Source of the DNA: an uncultured delta proteobacterium
GTDB lineage: Bacteria > Desulfobacterota > Binatia > DP-6
Direction of reading: 5' to 3'
Assembly (NCBI GenBank): GCA_963815115.1
Contig: CAWFFN010000009.1
Coordinates: 1,248,001 to 1,312,000 of the forward strand
DNA: 64,000 nt
Part shown: positions 1 to 9,094 of the stretch, in pieces
Numbering within the stretch: the stretch's first letter is position 1
Layout: each line of letters begins with the position of its first letter
The notes under the pieces: generated by a model
Told to the model about the DNA's origin: nothing
The model's database searches: none
The model's input: only the letters and a program-made list of their open reading frames with translations
Position numbers and translations under genes: made by a program

Positions 1-413
1 CCGGCGCGCTCGGACTGGCCCTGCCGGTGCGCACGGATCCGCGGGTCTTCCAGTGGGGCTTCACACTCCAGTACAGCCTGCAGTATCTCCAGTCGTTCGT
101 GCAGGACGTCGGCTTGCCAGCGCCGTTCGACCGGATGATCCCGATCGTCGAGTTTCCCATCCAGACGACCGTCGAGGGACGGAGCCGGACGGCCGGCAGC
201 ATCAACCCGGGGGTGATCTGGTTCGGCCGGTACATCCAGCTCGGATTCGAGGCCGTGATCCCGGTCAACGGCAACACGCTCGATCCCGAGGAGCAGGGTC
301 GCCAGAGCGGCGTCGGCTTTCTCGGCCAGATTCACTTCTACCTGGACGACATCTGGCCGGATGTGTTCACCTGGACCCCGTTCGACGGCGTGCTGGGGCC
401 CACCCAGCCATGA
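1..413 (+). CDS. 5'-partial conserved protein, probable outer-membrane beta-barrel associated with copCD
   Basis: The frame is open from the window edge. LQYSLQYLQS..DVGLPAPF.R.IP.VE, INPGVIW.G.Y.QLG.EA.IP and QIHFYLDDIWP resemble a family I recall upstream of copC/copD. The stop overlaps the copC start (ATGA). Confidence 0.6.
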   Translation, partial: GALGLALPVRTDPRVFQWGFTLQYSLQYLQSFVQDVGLPAPFDRMIPIVEFPIQTTVEGRSRTAGSINPGVIWFGRYIQLGFEAVIPVNGNTLDPEEQGRQSGVGFLGQIHFYLDDIWPDVFTWTPFDGVLGPTQP

Positions 414-787
414 TGTCGCGCCGTCGGACAGCCGCTCCGGCCGTCATGCTGCTGGCGGCGCTGTTCCTGGGAGCGCCGGCACCGGCATGGTGCCATGCGT
501 TTCCCGATCATTCGGAGCCGCGCGTCGGCCATACCCTGGACGAGCCGCCGGCGTCGGTCCGCATCTGGTTCGACGGCGACCTCGAGCCCGTCTTCAGCAC
601 GATGCGCGTCGAGAGCGCAGCGCAGCAGCGCGTCGATCGGGGCGACGCGCAGGTCGACCCGCACGACGCCACCCTGCTCGAGGTGAGCCTGCCGCCGCTG
701 TCGTCGGGCACCTACCAGGTCTTCTGGAGCGCGGTGGCACGCGACGGCCACCGCACGGAGGGCAGCTTCCCCTTCCACATCAAGTGA
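410..787 (+). CDS. copC: Copper resistance protein CopC
   Basis: Signal peptide followed by mature His1 (AWC|HAFPDHSEP), Y.V.W..V..DGH.TEG Cu(II) motif, and position next to copD. Confidence 0.93.
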   Translation: MMSRRRTAAPAVMLLAALFLGAPAPAWCHAFPDHSEPRVGHTLDEPPASVRIWFDGDLEPVFSTMRVESAAQQRVDRGDAQVDPHDATLLEVSLPPLSSGTYQVFWSAVARDGHRTEGSFPFHIK

Positions 788-794
788 CGCCGAT

Positions 795-1733
795 GTGGCA
801 GCCTCAAGGGCCGGCCGAGGCCGTCGTCTGACCCTGCTCACGCGCTGGGCCGGTCTGGCCGCGCTGGCCGCGCTGCTCGGTGGTCTCGTGGTCGCGGTCG
901 TGGCGCTGCCGGCCGGCGACGAGGGTCTGGCGCGTCGGCTCGCATCCTGGGGTCGCACCTGCGTCGTGGTGCTCCTCGTCACCAGCGCGAGCGAGCTCCT
1001 GCTGCGCGCGTGCACGATGGCGGGCGGCGAGCTCGTGGCCGGTCTGGGGGCGGTGCCGGCGGTGCTGGCGCGCACCCACTTCGGGACCGTGTGGATCGCG
1101 AGGCTCGTCGTGCTCGTCGGCCTGCTCGCGCTGATCGGCCGCCGCAGCCGCGCGGCGCGTACGCTGGCATGGGGCCTGGCGCTCGCGCTCGCCTTCACCA
1201 CCGCCCTCGTCGGCCACGCGGCCGACCGTGGCGATCTGTCGCCGGCGGTCCTGGTCGACTGGCTCCACGTCACGGCGGCCGCGGTCTGGACGGGCGGACT
1301 CTTCTGCCTCGCCGCGGTCGTGCTGCGTGAGGCGCGCCACTGGCCGCGCGCGCGCCTCGCCGGATCGCTGGGGCGCTTCTCGACGCTGGCAGGGGTCTGT
1401 CTCGTGGCCGTGGTCGCCAGCGGCGTGTTCAATGCCTGGGAGCAGCTCGGCGCGCTCGACGCGGTGTGGACGACCACCTACGGAGCGATCCTCGGTGTGA
1501 AGATCCTGCTGGTCGCCACGGTGGCAGGGCTCGGAGCCGCCAACCGCTTCACGGTCCTGCCACGGCTGCGCGCCGGCACGTTCCCGCCGGGTCGCGCCGA
1601 GCTTCGCCTGGCTCGCTACGTCGCGTGGGAAGCCGCGCTCGCACTCCTGGTCTTCGGCTGCACCGCGTTGCTGACGGAGTCCACGCCGCCGCACCACCAT
1701 GCCGACATGGCGCCCGCGAGCCGGCCGGGCTGA
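795..1733 (+). CDS. copD: Copper resistance membrane protein CopD
   Basis: Multi-TM protein with GHAA, WLHV.AAAVW.GGL, RFS, SG..N, YG..L..K and NRF motifs and a His-rich C-terminus. Confidence 0.9.
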   Translation: MAASRAGRGRRLTLLTRWAGLAALAALLGGLVVAVVALPAGDEGLARRLASWGRTCVVVLLVTSASELLLRACTMAGGELVAGLGAVPAVLARTHFGTVWIARLVVLVGLLALIGRRSRAARTLAWGLALALAFTTALVGHAADRGDLSPAVLVDWLHVTAAAVWTGGLFCLAAVVLREARHWPRARLAGSLGRFSTLAGVCLVAVVASGVFNAWEQLGALDAVWTTTYGAILGVKILLVATVAGLGAANRFTVLPRLRAGTFPPGRAELRLARYVAWEAALALLVFGCTALLTESTPPHHHADMAPASRPG

Positions 1734-1745
1734 GAGGGCTGGCGC

Positions 1746-2198
1746 TCAGGCGGTCGAGAGGAGCTTCGCCTCGGAGACGAATCGCGCGCACGAGTCGGCG
1801 CACGCCTTGCACACCGCGTGGGTCTCGGCGTGCTTGCGGCACTCCTTCTCGCAGTCCTCGCAGACGGCGCGGCAGGCGGTCGCGAACTCGCCGAGCCGCG
1901 CCGCTCCCAGGGTGGCGAGCTCGGCCACCGCCGAGCACGCGGGGATCATCTCCGCCACGCTCTGGGCGCACGCGGCGAGCGACGTGTCACCGCTCTTGAA
2001 CATCCCCAGACAGTGCGCCAGACACGCCTGCCCGTCGGAGCTGCACGAGCGAGCTGCGTCGACGAGGGCCTGATGGTCCCCTTTCGGGTGCGCCGCGGGC
2101 TCGTCGGCCGCACCCGCGAGTGCGGCGCTGGTCACGCTGGCCGCCACGGCCGCACCGGCACTCAGCAAGAGATTGCGACGCCCGATCACGTATTCCAT
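1746..2198 (-). CDS. Tat-exported four-helix-bundle copper storage protein (Csp1/2 type)
   Basis: Twin-arginine signal (GRRNLL), 12 Cys in CxxxC/CxxC spacing, and the CEKECRKHAETHAVCKACADSC signature. Confidence 0.9.
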   Translation of the reverse strand: MEYVIGRRNLLLSAGAAVAASVTSAALAGAADEPAAHPKGDHQALVDAARSCSSDGQACLAHCLGMFKSGDTSLAACAQSVAEMIPACSAVAELATLGAARLGEFATACRAVCEDCEKECRKHAETHAVCKACADSCARFVSEAKLLSTA

Positions 2199-2390
2199 GG
2201 CTGCACCTCCACCGCGGGGCTAGCACGGAGGGTGGCGCGGTTCCATCCAACGGGAGGCGGCGTGAAGGCTGCCGGGACGGCCCGGTAGCGGGCTGGTTTC
2301 AGCGCCGTTGCGCGGCCGGAAGCAGCCCGCGCGCAGGCGTGGAAACCGTGTACGTCGTCGCATGGAGCGCCGCTTGCTCCGGCCGTCGGC

Positions 2391-3128
2391 ATGGCGCCGG
2401 CAATCCGGTTCATGGCGGGAGGCTTCCAGGTCGTCGTCTCGAGCCACGCGGTCCTGGTGGTGCTCGCGGTTTTCGCCGGCACGCTCGTGGCCGTGGCTCG
2501 AGCGCGCGAGCCGGCGCTGGTCTTTGGCGCCGCGCCGTTCGGCGCCGCGGCAGCGCTGGCGGGCAGCCATCTGCTGTTCCGCGTGCAGCACGGTGGAGCT
2601 GGCGGGCTCTGGTCGGGCGGCCTGTCGTCGACGGGCGGCATCGGCGCCCTTGCGCTCGCGATCGCGGTGGCGGCCGGGGGCTCGCGCCGGCGGTTCGCCG
2701 ACCTCGCCGATGCCGTGGCGCCCGCCGGCATCCTGGCGCTCGGGATCGGCCGGCTCGGCTGCTTCCTCGGCGGCTGCTGCTACGGACGCCCGACGGACCT
2801 GCCGTGGGCCGTGGTCTTCCCCGAGGTCGGGCCGCCGGCGCGCCACCCGCTCCAGCTCTACTCGGCAGGCCTCGACTTCCTGCTGGCGGCCGCGCTGCTC
2901 GGCAACACCGAGCCGCCGGGCGCCATCGCGGCGCGCGCCTGCGTCGGTCTCGGCGTGGGGCGGTTCTTTCTGGAGCTGTTGCGCGATCCCGCGACGAGCG
3001 ATCAGCTCGGCACGACCGGCCTCACGCTCGCCCAGTGTGGCGCGCTCGTCCTCGTCGCATCGGGTGGGCTGGCGGCGTGGCGTGCGACCCGAGACTCCGT
3101 CTCGGGTCGGGACGGAGAGCGAGAATGA
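2391..3128 (+). CDS. Prolipoprotein diacylglyceryl transferase (Lgt) family protein, divergent
   Basis: GRLGCFLGGCCYGRPT.LPWAV.FP, HPLQLY and RF.LE.LR motifs in a hydrophobic protein. Confidence 0.8.
   Translation: MAPAIRFMAGGFQVVVSSHAVLVVLAVFAGTLVAVARAREPALVFGAAPFGAAAALAGSHLLFRVQHGGAGGLWSGGLSSTGGIGALALAIAVAAGGSRRRFADLADAVAPAGILALGIGRLGCFLGGCCYGRPTDLPWAVVFPEVGPPARHPLQLYSAGLDFLLAAALLGNTEPPGAIAARACVGLGVGRFFLELLRDPATSDQLGTTGLTLAQCGALVLVASGGLAAWRATRDSVSGRDGERE
3085..3109. repeat. REP-like palindrome, copy 1 (CGACCCGAGAC-tcc-GTCTCGGGTCG)
   Basis: Perfect 11-bp stem with 3-nt loop; near-identical copy at 27394-27418. Confidence 0.7.
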
Positions 3129-3196
3129 AACTCGATGAACGGTGCGGACGTCGTGCCGCGAGCGGCGAAGCCGCCGCGGCGGACGTTTCGGAGCAT

Positions 3197-3217
3197 GACC
3201 CCGAGAGTCTCGGGTCG
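3197..3217. repeat. REP-like palindrome, degenerate copy
   Basis: GACCCCGAGAGTCTCGGGTCG, 5 bp past the stop of the minus-strand gene; shares the right arm with copy 1. Confidence 0.55.
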
Positions 3218-3222
3218 CGCGC

Positions 3223-5760
3223 CTAGTCGCGGAGGTGTGGTACGCCTGGAACGCCTGCCGTGCCCTGCTCCAGCGCCCGGTTCGCGACGCTGGCAGTGTC
3301 GGCGTCGCCCGCGCGCCGGCGTTCCTCCGCGATCGCCGACAGGGCCTCGCGCACGGGACGCGCCGCGGGGGCCACTGTGAGCGCATCGAGATACGCGCGA
3401 AGCTCGCCGGGGCCGTCGCCGGCGAGGAGGGCGAGCTGCGCGCGCAGCAGGTTTGCGCGCACCGCGAACGATGCTGCCGCTGCGCCCCCGACCGGGGCCG
3501 GAGCGGGATCGAGGCGAGCCGCGATCCAGCCGAGCGCCGCCGCGCCGAGACCCCCCTGATGATAGTAGGCGCGCGGCGCGCTGAACTCGATGGTGGGACG
3601 GTCGTCGGTGATCGGCGGCACGTCGCGCGTGGCGGCGCGGAGATGCGCACCGTCGGTGACGTAGAGCAGGGGGACGGCGTCCGGGTCGTCGAGCCCCACG
3701 CTGCGCGCCATGGCGAGGAAGGCCGGGTTGCCCAGGCGGGCGCGCATGGCGGCCGCATCGGCGGTGAGCGGATCCGTCGAGCCGACCAGCATCGCGAGCG
3801 GCGTCAGCGAGCGATGATATGCCACCCAGAGCTGGACGTGCGGGAAGACCGAAGCGAAGGTCGCGACGATTCCCTCGAGATCGCCGACCGCAAGCTGGTG
3901 CAGCGGGAGCCACTGGCAGAAGAGTCCGCCGGGCGCGAGATGCGCGAGCGCGAGCCGGTAGAAGTCGCGCGAGAAGAGGCTGCCCGCACCCGCCGTCCAG
4001 GGAAGGACGAGATCGACCAGGATCACGTCCCAGCGCGCGTCGCTGGCGAGCAGGAAGCTGCGCGCGTCGTCGGCGACGAGGTGCGCGCGCGGGTTCCTGG
4101 ACACGTCGCCGTTGTCGGCGGCGAAGAACGCCGCCGCGTCCAGCGCCTCGGCAACCAGCTCGACGCCGTCCGCCTCGAGCCCCGGCGAGGCGACGGCGGC
4201 GCCGAGGGTGTCGCCGGTCCCGACGCCGAGGTGCAGCAGGCGTCGCGGATCCGGGTGGAGGAGGACCGGCAGGAGACCTTCGCGGCGCTCGAGGAAGACG
4301 CCATCGCCGCCGCCGAGGGAGTACTGGCCGTTGATGCGGAGGCGGCGACGATCGTGCGCGTCGGTGGTGACGAGCACGGTCGCGGTCGGCCCATCGCGCG
4401 AGTGGAGGACGCGGTCGGTGGGTCCCGAGCGCCACGGAAACGGGAGCGGGGGCGCGAGCGCGGCGGCGCCGGCGAGTCCGGCAGCCACGCTCGCCGCCAG
4501 GGCGCGCGCTGCGCGGCGTGACGCCAGCGCCGCGGCGAGCGCGAGCAGCACTGCCGCGAGCAGCAGAAGGCCGCCGCCGAGGCCGAGCCCGGGAAGCAGG
4601 ACGAACGCTCCGGCGAGCGCGCCCAGGATGCCGCCGGCGGTGCTCGCGGCGAGCGGGCCCGCCATCGCGGCGCCGGGGCGAAGCGAATCGCCGAGGCCGA
4701 GGGTGATCGGCAGGAGGGTGCCGATCGCCGCAGACGGTACGAAGACGACGTGGAGCGCGAGCACGGCCTCCACCGCCAGCCCCGCGGCGCCGCCCCCGCC
4801 GAGGCTTCCGACCAGCGCGAGGCTGATGCCCGGGAGCGCGCGCAGAGCAGGGACCGACGTCAGCACGGCCAGCGCCGCCACCGTGGCGGCAACGGCGAGG
4901 CGCGGCTCGAGACGGCCGGGACGCGCCAGCACCCGCAGTGCGATGGCCGTGCCCGCGACGATCCCGAGCAGCGCCGCTGCCAGCACGAGCGCCGTGCTGT
5001 AGACGCTGCCGCTGAGCACCCCCGACAGCCCGCGCGCCCACAGGACCTCGCCAGCGAGCGCGACGGCGCCGGCAGTCCCGGCGACGGCGGCGGCGAGCCC
5101 GGGGCGCGCAGCGCCGCCGCGGGCCCGCGCCGGCGTCTCGGCCCACACGGTGGCCGGCGCCCGGTGCGCGAGCATCCAGGCCGCGGCGGCGACGGCAAGG
5201 TCGACGGCACCGGCGGCGAGAAAGGAGCCGCGGGCGCCGAGCGCGGGCAGCAGGGAGAAGCTCGTGGCCAGCGCGCCGACGGCCCCGCCGAGGGTATTCC
5301 AGCCATAGAGCCGTCCGGCGGCGCGTACGCTCGCCGCGGCCGCCGCGGCGACCGGAAGGGTGGCGCCCAGGAGCGTCGTCGGCACGAGCAGCACCGCGCC
5401 CGCAAGGAGGACGTGCGTGGCGGGGCGCAGCGCGCCGGGTGCGACTCGCGCGAGCCACGCCGCAAGACCCGGCAGCGCCGGCCGCAGGATCACGTAGCCC
5501 GCGATCGAGACGGCGAGGCCGGCCAGGAGCCGCGCGAAGGTGCGCAGCGGCAGCCGGCCGATCCGGAGCTGGCCGCCCACGCGGGCCCCCAGCGCGAGCC
5601 CCGCGAAGTAGGTCGCCAGCACCACGCCGGTGGCTTCGGCGGTGCTGCCGAAGCAGAGTGTGAAATCCCTGATCCAGAGCACCTCGAGCGCGAGCGCGGC
5701 GGCGCCCGAGACGAAGAGAAGGACGGGAAGCACGGCGGCCGTCAAAGCCCGAAGGCGCAT
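3223..5760 (-). CDS. Fused multi-TM (MFS-like)/spermidine synthase-like SAM-binding protein
   Basis: Probable start MRLRALTAA at 5760. Repeated SG.AAL..EVLW.R and LYG.NT.G TM modules, then LLHLGVGTGDT, VEL, DAR.FL, WDVILVD, LF..DFY and TDDRP.IEF. Confidence 0.85.
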   Translation of the reverse strand: MRLRALTAAVLPVLLFVSGAAALALEVLWIRDFTLCFGSTAEATGVVLATYFAGLALGARVGGQLRIGRLPLRTFARLLAGLAVSIAGYVILRPALPGLAAWLARVAPGALRPATHVLLAGAVLLVPTTLLGATLPVAAAAAASVRAAGRLYGWNTLGGAVGALATSFSLLPALGARGSFLAAGAVDLAVAAAAWMLAHRAPATVWAETPARARGGAARPGLAAAVAGTAGAVALAGEVLWARGLSGVLSGSVYSTALVLAAALLGIVAGTAIALRVLARPGRLEPRLAVAATVAALAVLTSVPALRALPGISLALVGSLGGGGAAGLAVEAVLALHVVFVPSAAIGTLLPITLGLGDSLRPGAAMAGPLAASTAGGILGALAGAFVLLPGLGLGGGLLLLAAVLLALAAALASRRAARALAASVAAGLAGAAALAPPLPFPWRSGPTDRVLHSRDGPTATVLVTTDAHDRRRLRINGQYSLGGGDGVFLERREGLLPVLLHPDPRRLLHLGVGTGDTLGAAVASPGLEADGVELVAEALDAAAFFAADNGDVSRNPRAHLVADDARSFLLASDARWDVILVDLVLPWTAGAGSLFSRDFYRLALAHLAPGGLFCQWLPLHQLAVGDLEGIVATFASVFPHVQLWVAYHRSLTPLAMLVGSTDPLTADAAAMRARLGNPAFLAMARSVGLDDPDAVPLLYVTDGAHLRAATRDVPPITDDRPTIEFSAPRAYYHQGGLGAAALGWIAARLDPAPAPVGGAAAASFAVRANLLRAQLALLAGDGPGELRAYLDALTVAPAARPVREALSAIAEERRRAGDADTASVANRALEQGTAGVPGVPHLRD

Positions 5761-5789
5761 GGAGCGCAAACCAGCGGCGCAACCGCACC

Positions 5790-5806
5790 TGCGACATCGT
5801 GTCGCA
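5790..5806. promoter_or_regulatory. RegA/RegR/PrrA-type binding box
   Basis: TGCGACATCGTGTCGCA contains GCGAC-N5-GTCGC, matching the GCGRC-N5-GYCGC RegR box, in the divergent gap upstream of regB. Confidence 0.65.
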
Positions 5807-5880
5807 TTGCCGCCCGCCGCCGCGAACCCCGAGAGTGGCGGGGATTTGCCCGCGTGCACGCTTCCCGGAAATATCGAGCC

Positions 5881-7218
5881 GTGATCGACCCTCGAGCCCA
5901 TCGCCCCGGCGCCCCGGCGGGCACCCAGGCCGAGGATGCACGCGCGGCGGTCAGCTTGCCCTGGCTGACCCGGCTGCGCTGGGGCACCGTCGCCGGCCAG
6001 CTGGTCACGGTCGCCGTCGGTCACTGGACGCTCGGTCTCGGCCTGCCGCTCGCCCCCGTGATCGGGCTGATCGGCGCCACGGCCGTGACGAATCTCGCCC
6101 TGGTCCGCTGGCTGCGCGACGGGGGCACGGCCGGCCCCGGGCTCTGCGGCGCCGTTCTCGTCCTCGACACGCTCGTGCTCACCGCGCTGCTGCACGCATC
6201 GGGAGGCCCGTTCAACCCGTTCAGCGTTCTCTACCTGGTGTACATCATGCTGGCGGCGGTGGTGCTCGGCGCGGCATGGACCTGGTCGCTCGCCGGTCTC
6301 TCGGTCGCCTGCTACGTCGCCCTCTTCGTCCTGCCCGTCCCCGTCGGCGTGCATCACGCGCACGGCGAGGGTGCCCTGTCGCTGCATCTCTGGGGCATGC
6401 TGGTGGCATTCGTCGTGGCCGCCGTGCTGACGGCGTACTTCGTGGTGCGCCTCTCGGCCGCCATCGAGCGCCGCGACGCGGAGATCGCGGCCATGCGCGA
6501 GCAGGCGACGCGCACCGAGCGCCTCGCCGCGCTCACCACGCTCGCCGCCGGTGCGGCGCACGAGCTCGGGACGCCGCTCGCGACCATCGCCGTCGCGGCG
6601 ACCGAGCTCGAGCATGCCCTCGAACGGCTCGCGGCCACCGGAGCCGGGCCGCTGCGCGACGATGCCCGTCTCATCCGTTCCGAGGTCGAGCGCTGCCGGC
6701 GCATCCTCGATCGCATGGCGAGCGATGCCGGCGAAACCGCCGGGGAGGCGCCAGCGCTCGTACCGGTGGACGGCCTCGTGCGCGACGTCCTCGCCGCCCT
6801 GCCGCCAGAGGACGCCAGCCGCGTGCGCGTCGAAGGCCTCCCGATGGCGCTGGCATCGGCGTTGCCGCGGCGCGCAGTCGCGGGCGCGATCACCAGCCTG
6901 GTGCGCAACGCCCTCGACGCGACCAGGGCGCCCGAGCCGGTGCGGCTGCGCGTCGAGGCGAACGAAAGCGTGCTGCACGTCGAGGTGCTCGACGACGGTC
7001 CGGGCATGACCGCGGAGGTGCTGGCGCGAGCCGTGGAACCCTTCTTCTCGACCAAGCCGCCCGGCAAGGGCATGGGCCTCGGTCTCTTTCTCGCCCGCAC
7101 CCTGGCGGAGGGCCTCGGCGGACGGCTGACGCTCAAGTCGGCGCCCGGGGAGGGCGCGACGGCCGCGCTCGAGCTGCCGCGCGTGACGCTCGCGGGCGCG
7201 GGGGCGAGCCGTGTCTGA
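5881..7218 (+). CDS. regB: RegB/PrrB/ActS-family redox sensor histidine kinase
   Basis: TM domain with GGPFNPF quinone-binding motif, H-box AAHELGTPL, conserved Cys in ERCRRIL, and N/G1/F/G2 boxes. Confidence 0.9.
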   Translation: MIDPRAHRPGAPAGTQAEDARAAVSLPWLTRLRWGTVAGQLVTVAVGHWTLGLGLPLAPVIGLIGATAVTNLALVRWLRDGGTAGPGLCGAVLVLDTLVLTALLHASGGPFNPFSVLYLVYIMLAAVVLGAAWTWSLAGLSVACYVALFVLPVPVGVHHAHGEGALSLHLWGMLVAFVVAAVLTAYFVVRLSAAIERRDAEIAAMREQATRTERLAALTTLAAGAAHELGTPLATIAVAATELEHALERLAATGAGPLRDDARLIRSEVERCRRILDRMASDAGETAGEAPALVPVDGLVRDVLAALPPEDASRVRVEGLPMALASALPRRAVAGAITSLVRNALDATRAPEPVRLRVEANESVLHVEVLDDGPGMTAEVLARAVEPFFSTKPPGKGMGLGLFLARTLAEGLGGRLTLKSAPGEGATAALELPRVTLAGAGASRV

Positions 7219-7768
7219 GCTGGCGCGCTCGCTGCTGCTGGTCGACGACGACGAGGTGTTCCGGCAGCGTCTCGCGCGAGCCTTCCGCGATCGTGGCTGG
7301 GAGGTGAGCGAGGCGGCGGACCTCGAGGCCGCGCTGGCGGCCGCCGAGCAGGAGACGCCCGAGTTCGTGGTGGTCGATCTGCGCTTGCCCGATGGCTCCG
7401 GCCTGGAGGCGGTGCGCCGGCTGCGCGCGCTCGACGCCACCACGGTGATCGTCGTGCTGACGGGCTACGGCAGCATCGCGACCGCCCTCGACGCGCTGCG
7501 CCTGGGCGCCGCCCACTACCTCACCAAGCCCGCCGACGTCGACGACCTGATCGCCGCATTCTCGCGCAACGCGCCAGTTGCCGACGACGCGCCGCTGGCG
7601 TCGCCCGATCCCGTGACCGACACGCCGTCGCTGGCGCGCGTCGAGTGGGAGCACATCAACCGCGTCCTCGCCGACTCCGGGGGCAACATCTCGGAGGCCG
7701 CGCGACGGCTCCGCCTGCACCGCCGCTCGCTGCAGCGCAAGCTCGCCAAGTATCCCGTGCCCCGCTGA
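7211..7768 (+). CDS. regA: RegA/PrrA/ActR-family response regulator
   Basis: Receiver domain (LLVDDD, LTGYGSIATA, YLTKPAD) plus EWEHI.RVL...GNISEAARRL.LHRRSLQRKL.K HTH. Confidence 0.93.
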   Translation: MSELARSLLLVDDDEVFRQRLARAFRDRGWEVSEAADLEAALAAAEQETPEFVVVDLRLPDGSGLEAVRRLRALDATTVIVVLTGYGSIATALDALRLGAAHYLTKPADVDDLIAAFSRNAPVADDAPLASPDPVTDTPSLARVEWEHINRVLADSGGNISEAARRLRLHRRSLQRKLAKYPVPR

Positions 7769-7936
7769 CCCGTGCGATCGGAAGCCCCACACGAGATCAC
7801 CCCGCGGCTGGCCGGTCGGCTCGGCCAGCCGGGTGGCGAGTCCGATGCCAGGGACGTTGCGAGGTCGGAGGAACGTCCCGATCGAGCGTGCCTGGACAGC
7901 GCCCGGGCCATAGGGTCTGGTTCTCCAGGCGACCGA

Positions 7937-9073
7937 ATGCGCCACCGCCTCCCGACCCTCGCCCTGCTGCTCGTGCTCGCGCTCGCCTCGGCCGCGGAGG
8001 CGAAGGTGCCGCGCTCGCTCAGCGTCCGCTTCCCACGCACCGTGCTGTCCGCGGGCGCAAACGTGGAGATGTGCGTGTTCGTGCGGCTCCCGGTGTCCGA
8101 GCCGTTCGATCTCGCGTCGTACAAGATCTCGCAGCACGGCGTCAGCGGCACCGGCGTCGCCATCAATCACTTCATCGTCTACCTCTACACCGGCGAGCGG
8201 CTGGACGAGTTCGCCGCGCAGCAGAAGCACGTGGTGACGAGCCGCGGCTGTCTCGATCTGGGTCCGGCCGATCGCGACAGCCGGCAGATGGTGGCGCTGA
8301 CGCGCACGACGACCACCCGCGGCATCCTGCCCGCCGGCCTCAGCCTGCCGCTGACGCCGGCGCCGGCGACGCCGGGCGGTCCGCCGGACGGCATCGGCGT
8401 CCTGCTCGACGCCAACTGGATCAACGGCGCGACCAGGCCGCGCGCGGTGTCCGTCGTCGTCTCCTTCAAGGCGGCGAAGCCCCGCACGGTGCGGCGCAGG
8501 CTCCAGACCATCCTCGCCCGCGACGCCGAGAACGGCATCCGCGTGTCGCCGTTCTCGATGCAGGCGACGGAAGCCCTGGTCGACGCGCGCTGGCACCCGC
8601 CGGGCGACGTCTGCCTCTACGACATCACGGACCACATGCACCGGCGGGGACGCTTCTTCGGCGTCGAGGTACGCGACGCGGCCGACCAGCCGCGCCAGCC
8701 GCTGACCGGCCTCGCCAATCCGTACGCGAACCGGCGGCCGACGCTGTTCGGCGCGCCGGACTTCACCGATCCGGGCTCGCAGACGTTTCGCGACGGCCTC
8801 TTCGTCGGCTCGGCGGAGTCGCTGCGCTACGGCTGCTGGCACGACAACGGGGAGCAGCTCCCGGCGCGGCTGGGATGTCAGGAGACGTCCGGGGTCACGC
8901 CCGGAGACGTCGGAGCGCCGGCCGCGGAGTGCATGCCCGGCTGCACCTGCGTTCCGGCCAACCTGGTTGCCGGCGTGACGACCGACGACGAGGTCTGCGC
9001 ACTCGCCGGGTTCTACTACGAGGCCGTCCCCGGCGGTTCGTGCGACGTGTCCGGCCTTCCACCCATCAACTGA
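7937..9073 (+). CDS. Secreted PHM/copper type II ascorbate-dependent monooxygenase-like protein with degenerate Cu ligands
   Basis: Signal peptide; E.C.F, NHFIVY, DHMHRRG, L.YGC.HDNG and TTDDEVC.L.GFYY follow the bacterial PHM-like layout. Confidence 0.65.
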   Translation: MRHRLPTLALLLVLALASAAEAKVPRSLSVRFPRTVLSAGANVEMCVFVRLPVSEPFDLASYKISQHGVSGTGVAINHFIVYLYTGERLDEFAAQQKHVVTSRGCLDLGPADRDSRQMVALTRTTTTRGILPAGLSLPLTPAPATPGGPPDGIGVLLDANWINGATRPRAVSVVVSFKAAKPRTVRRRLQTILARDAENGIRVSPFSMQATEALVDARWHPPGDVCLYDITDHMHRRGRFFGVEVRDAADQPRQPLTGLANPYANRRPTLFGAPDFTDPGSQTFRDGLFVGSAESLRYGCWHDNGEQLPARLGCQETSGVTPGDVGAPAAECMPGCTCVPANLVAGVTTDDEVCALAGFYYEAVPGGSCDVSGLPPIN

Positions 9074-9094
9074 GTCGATGCAGGAGACCAGAGA

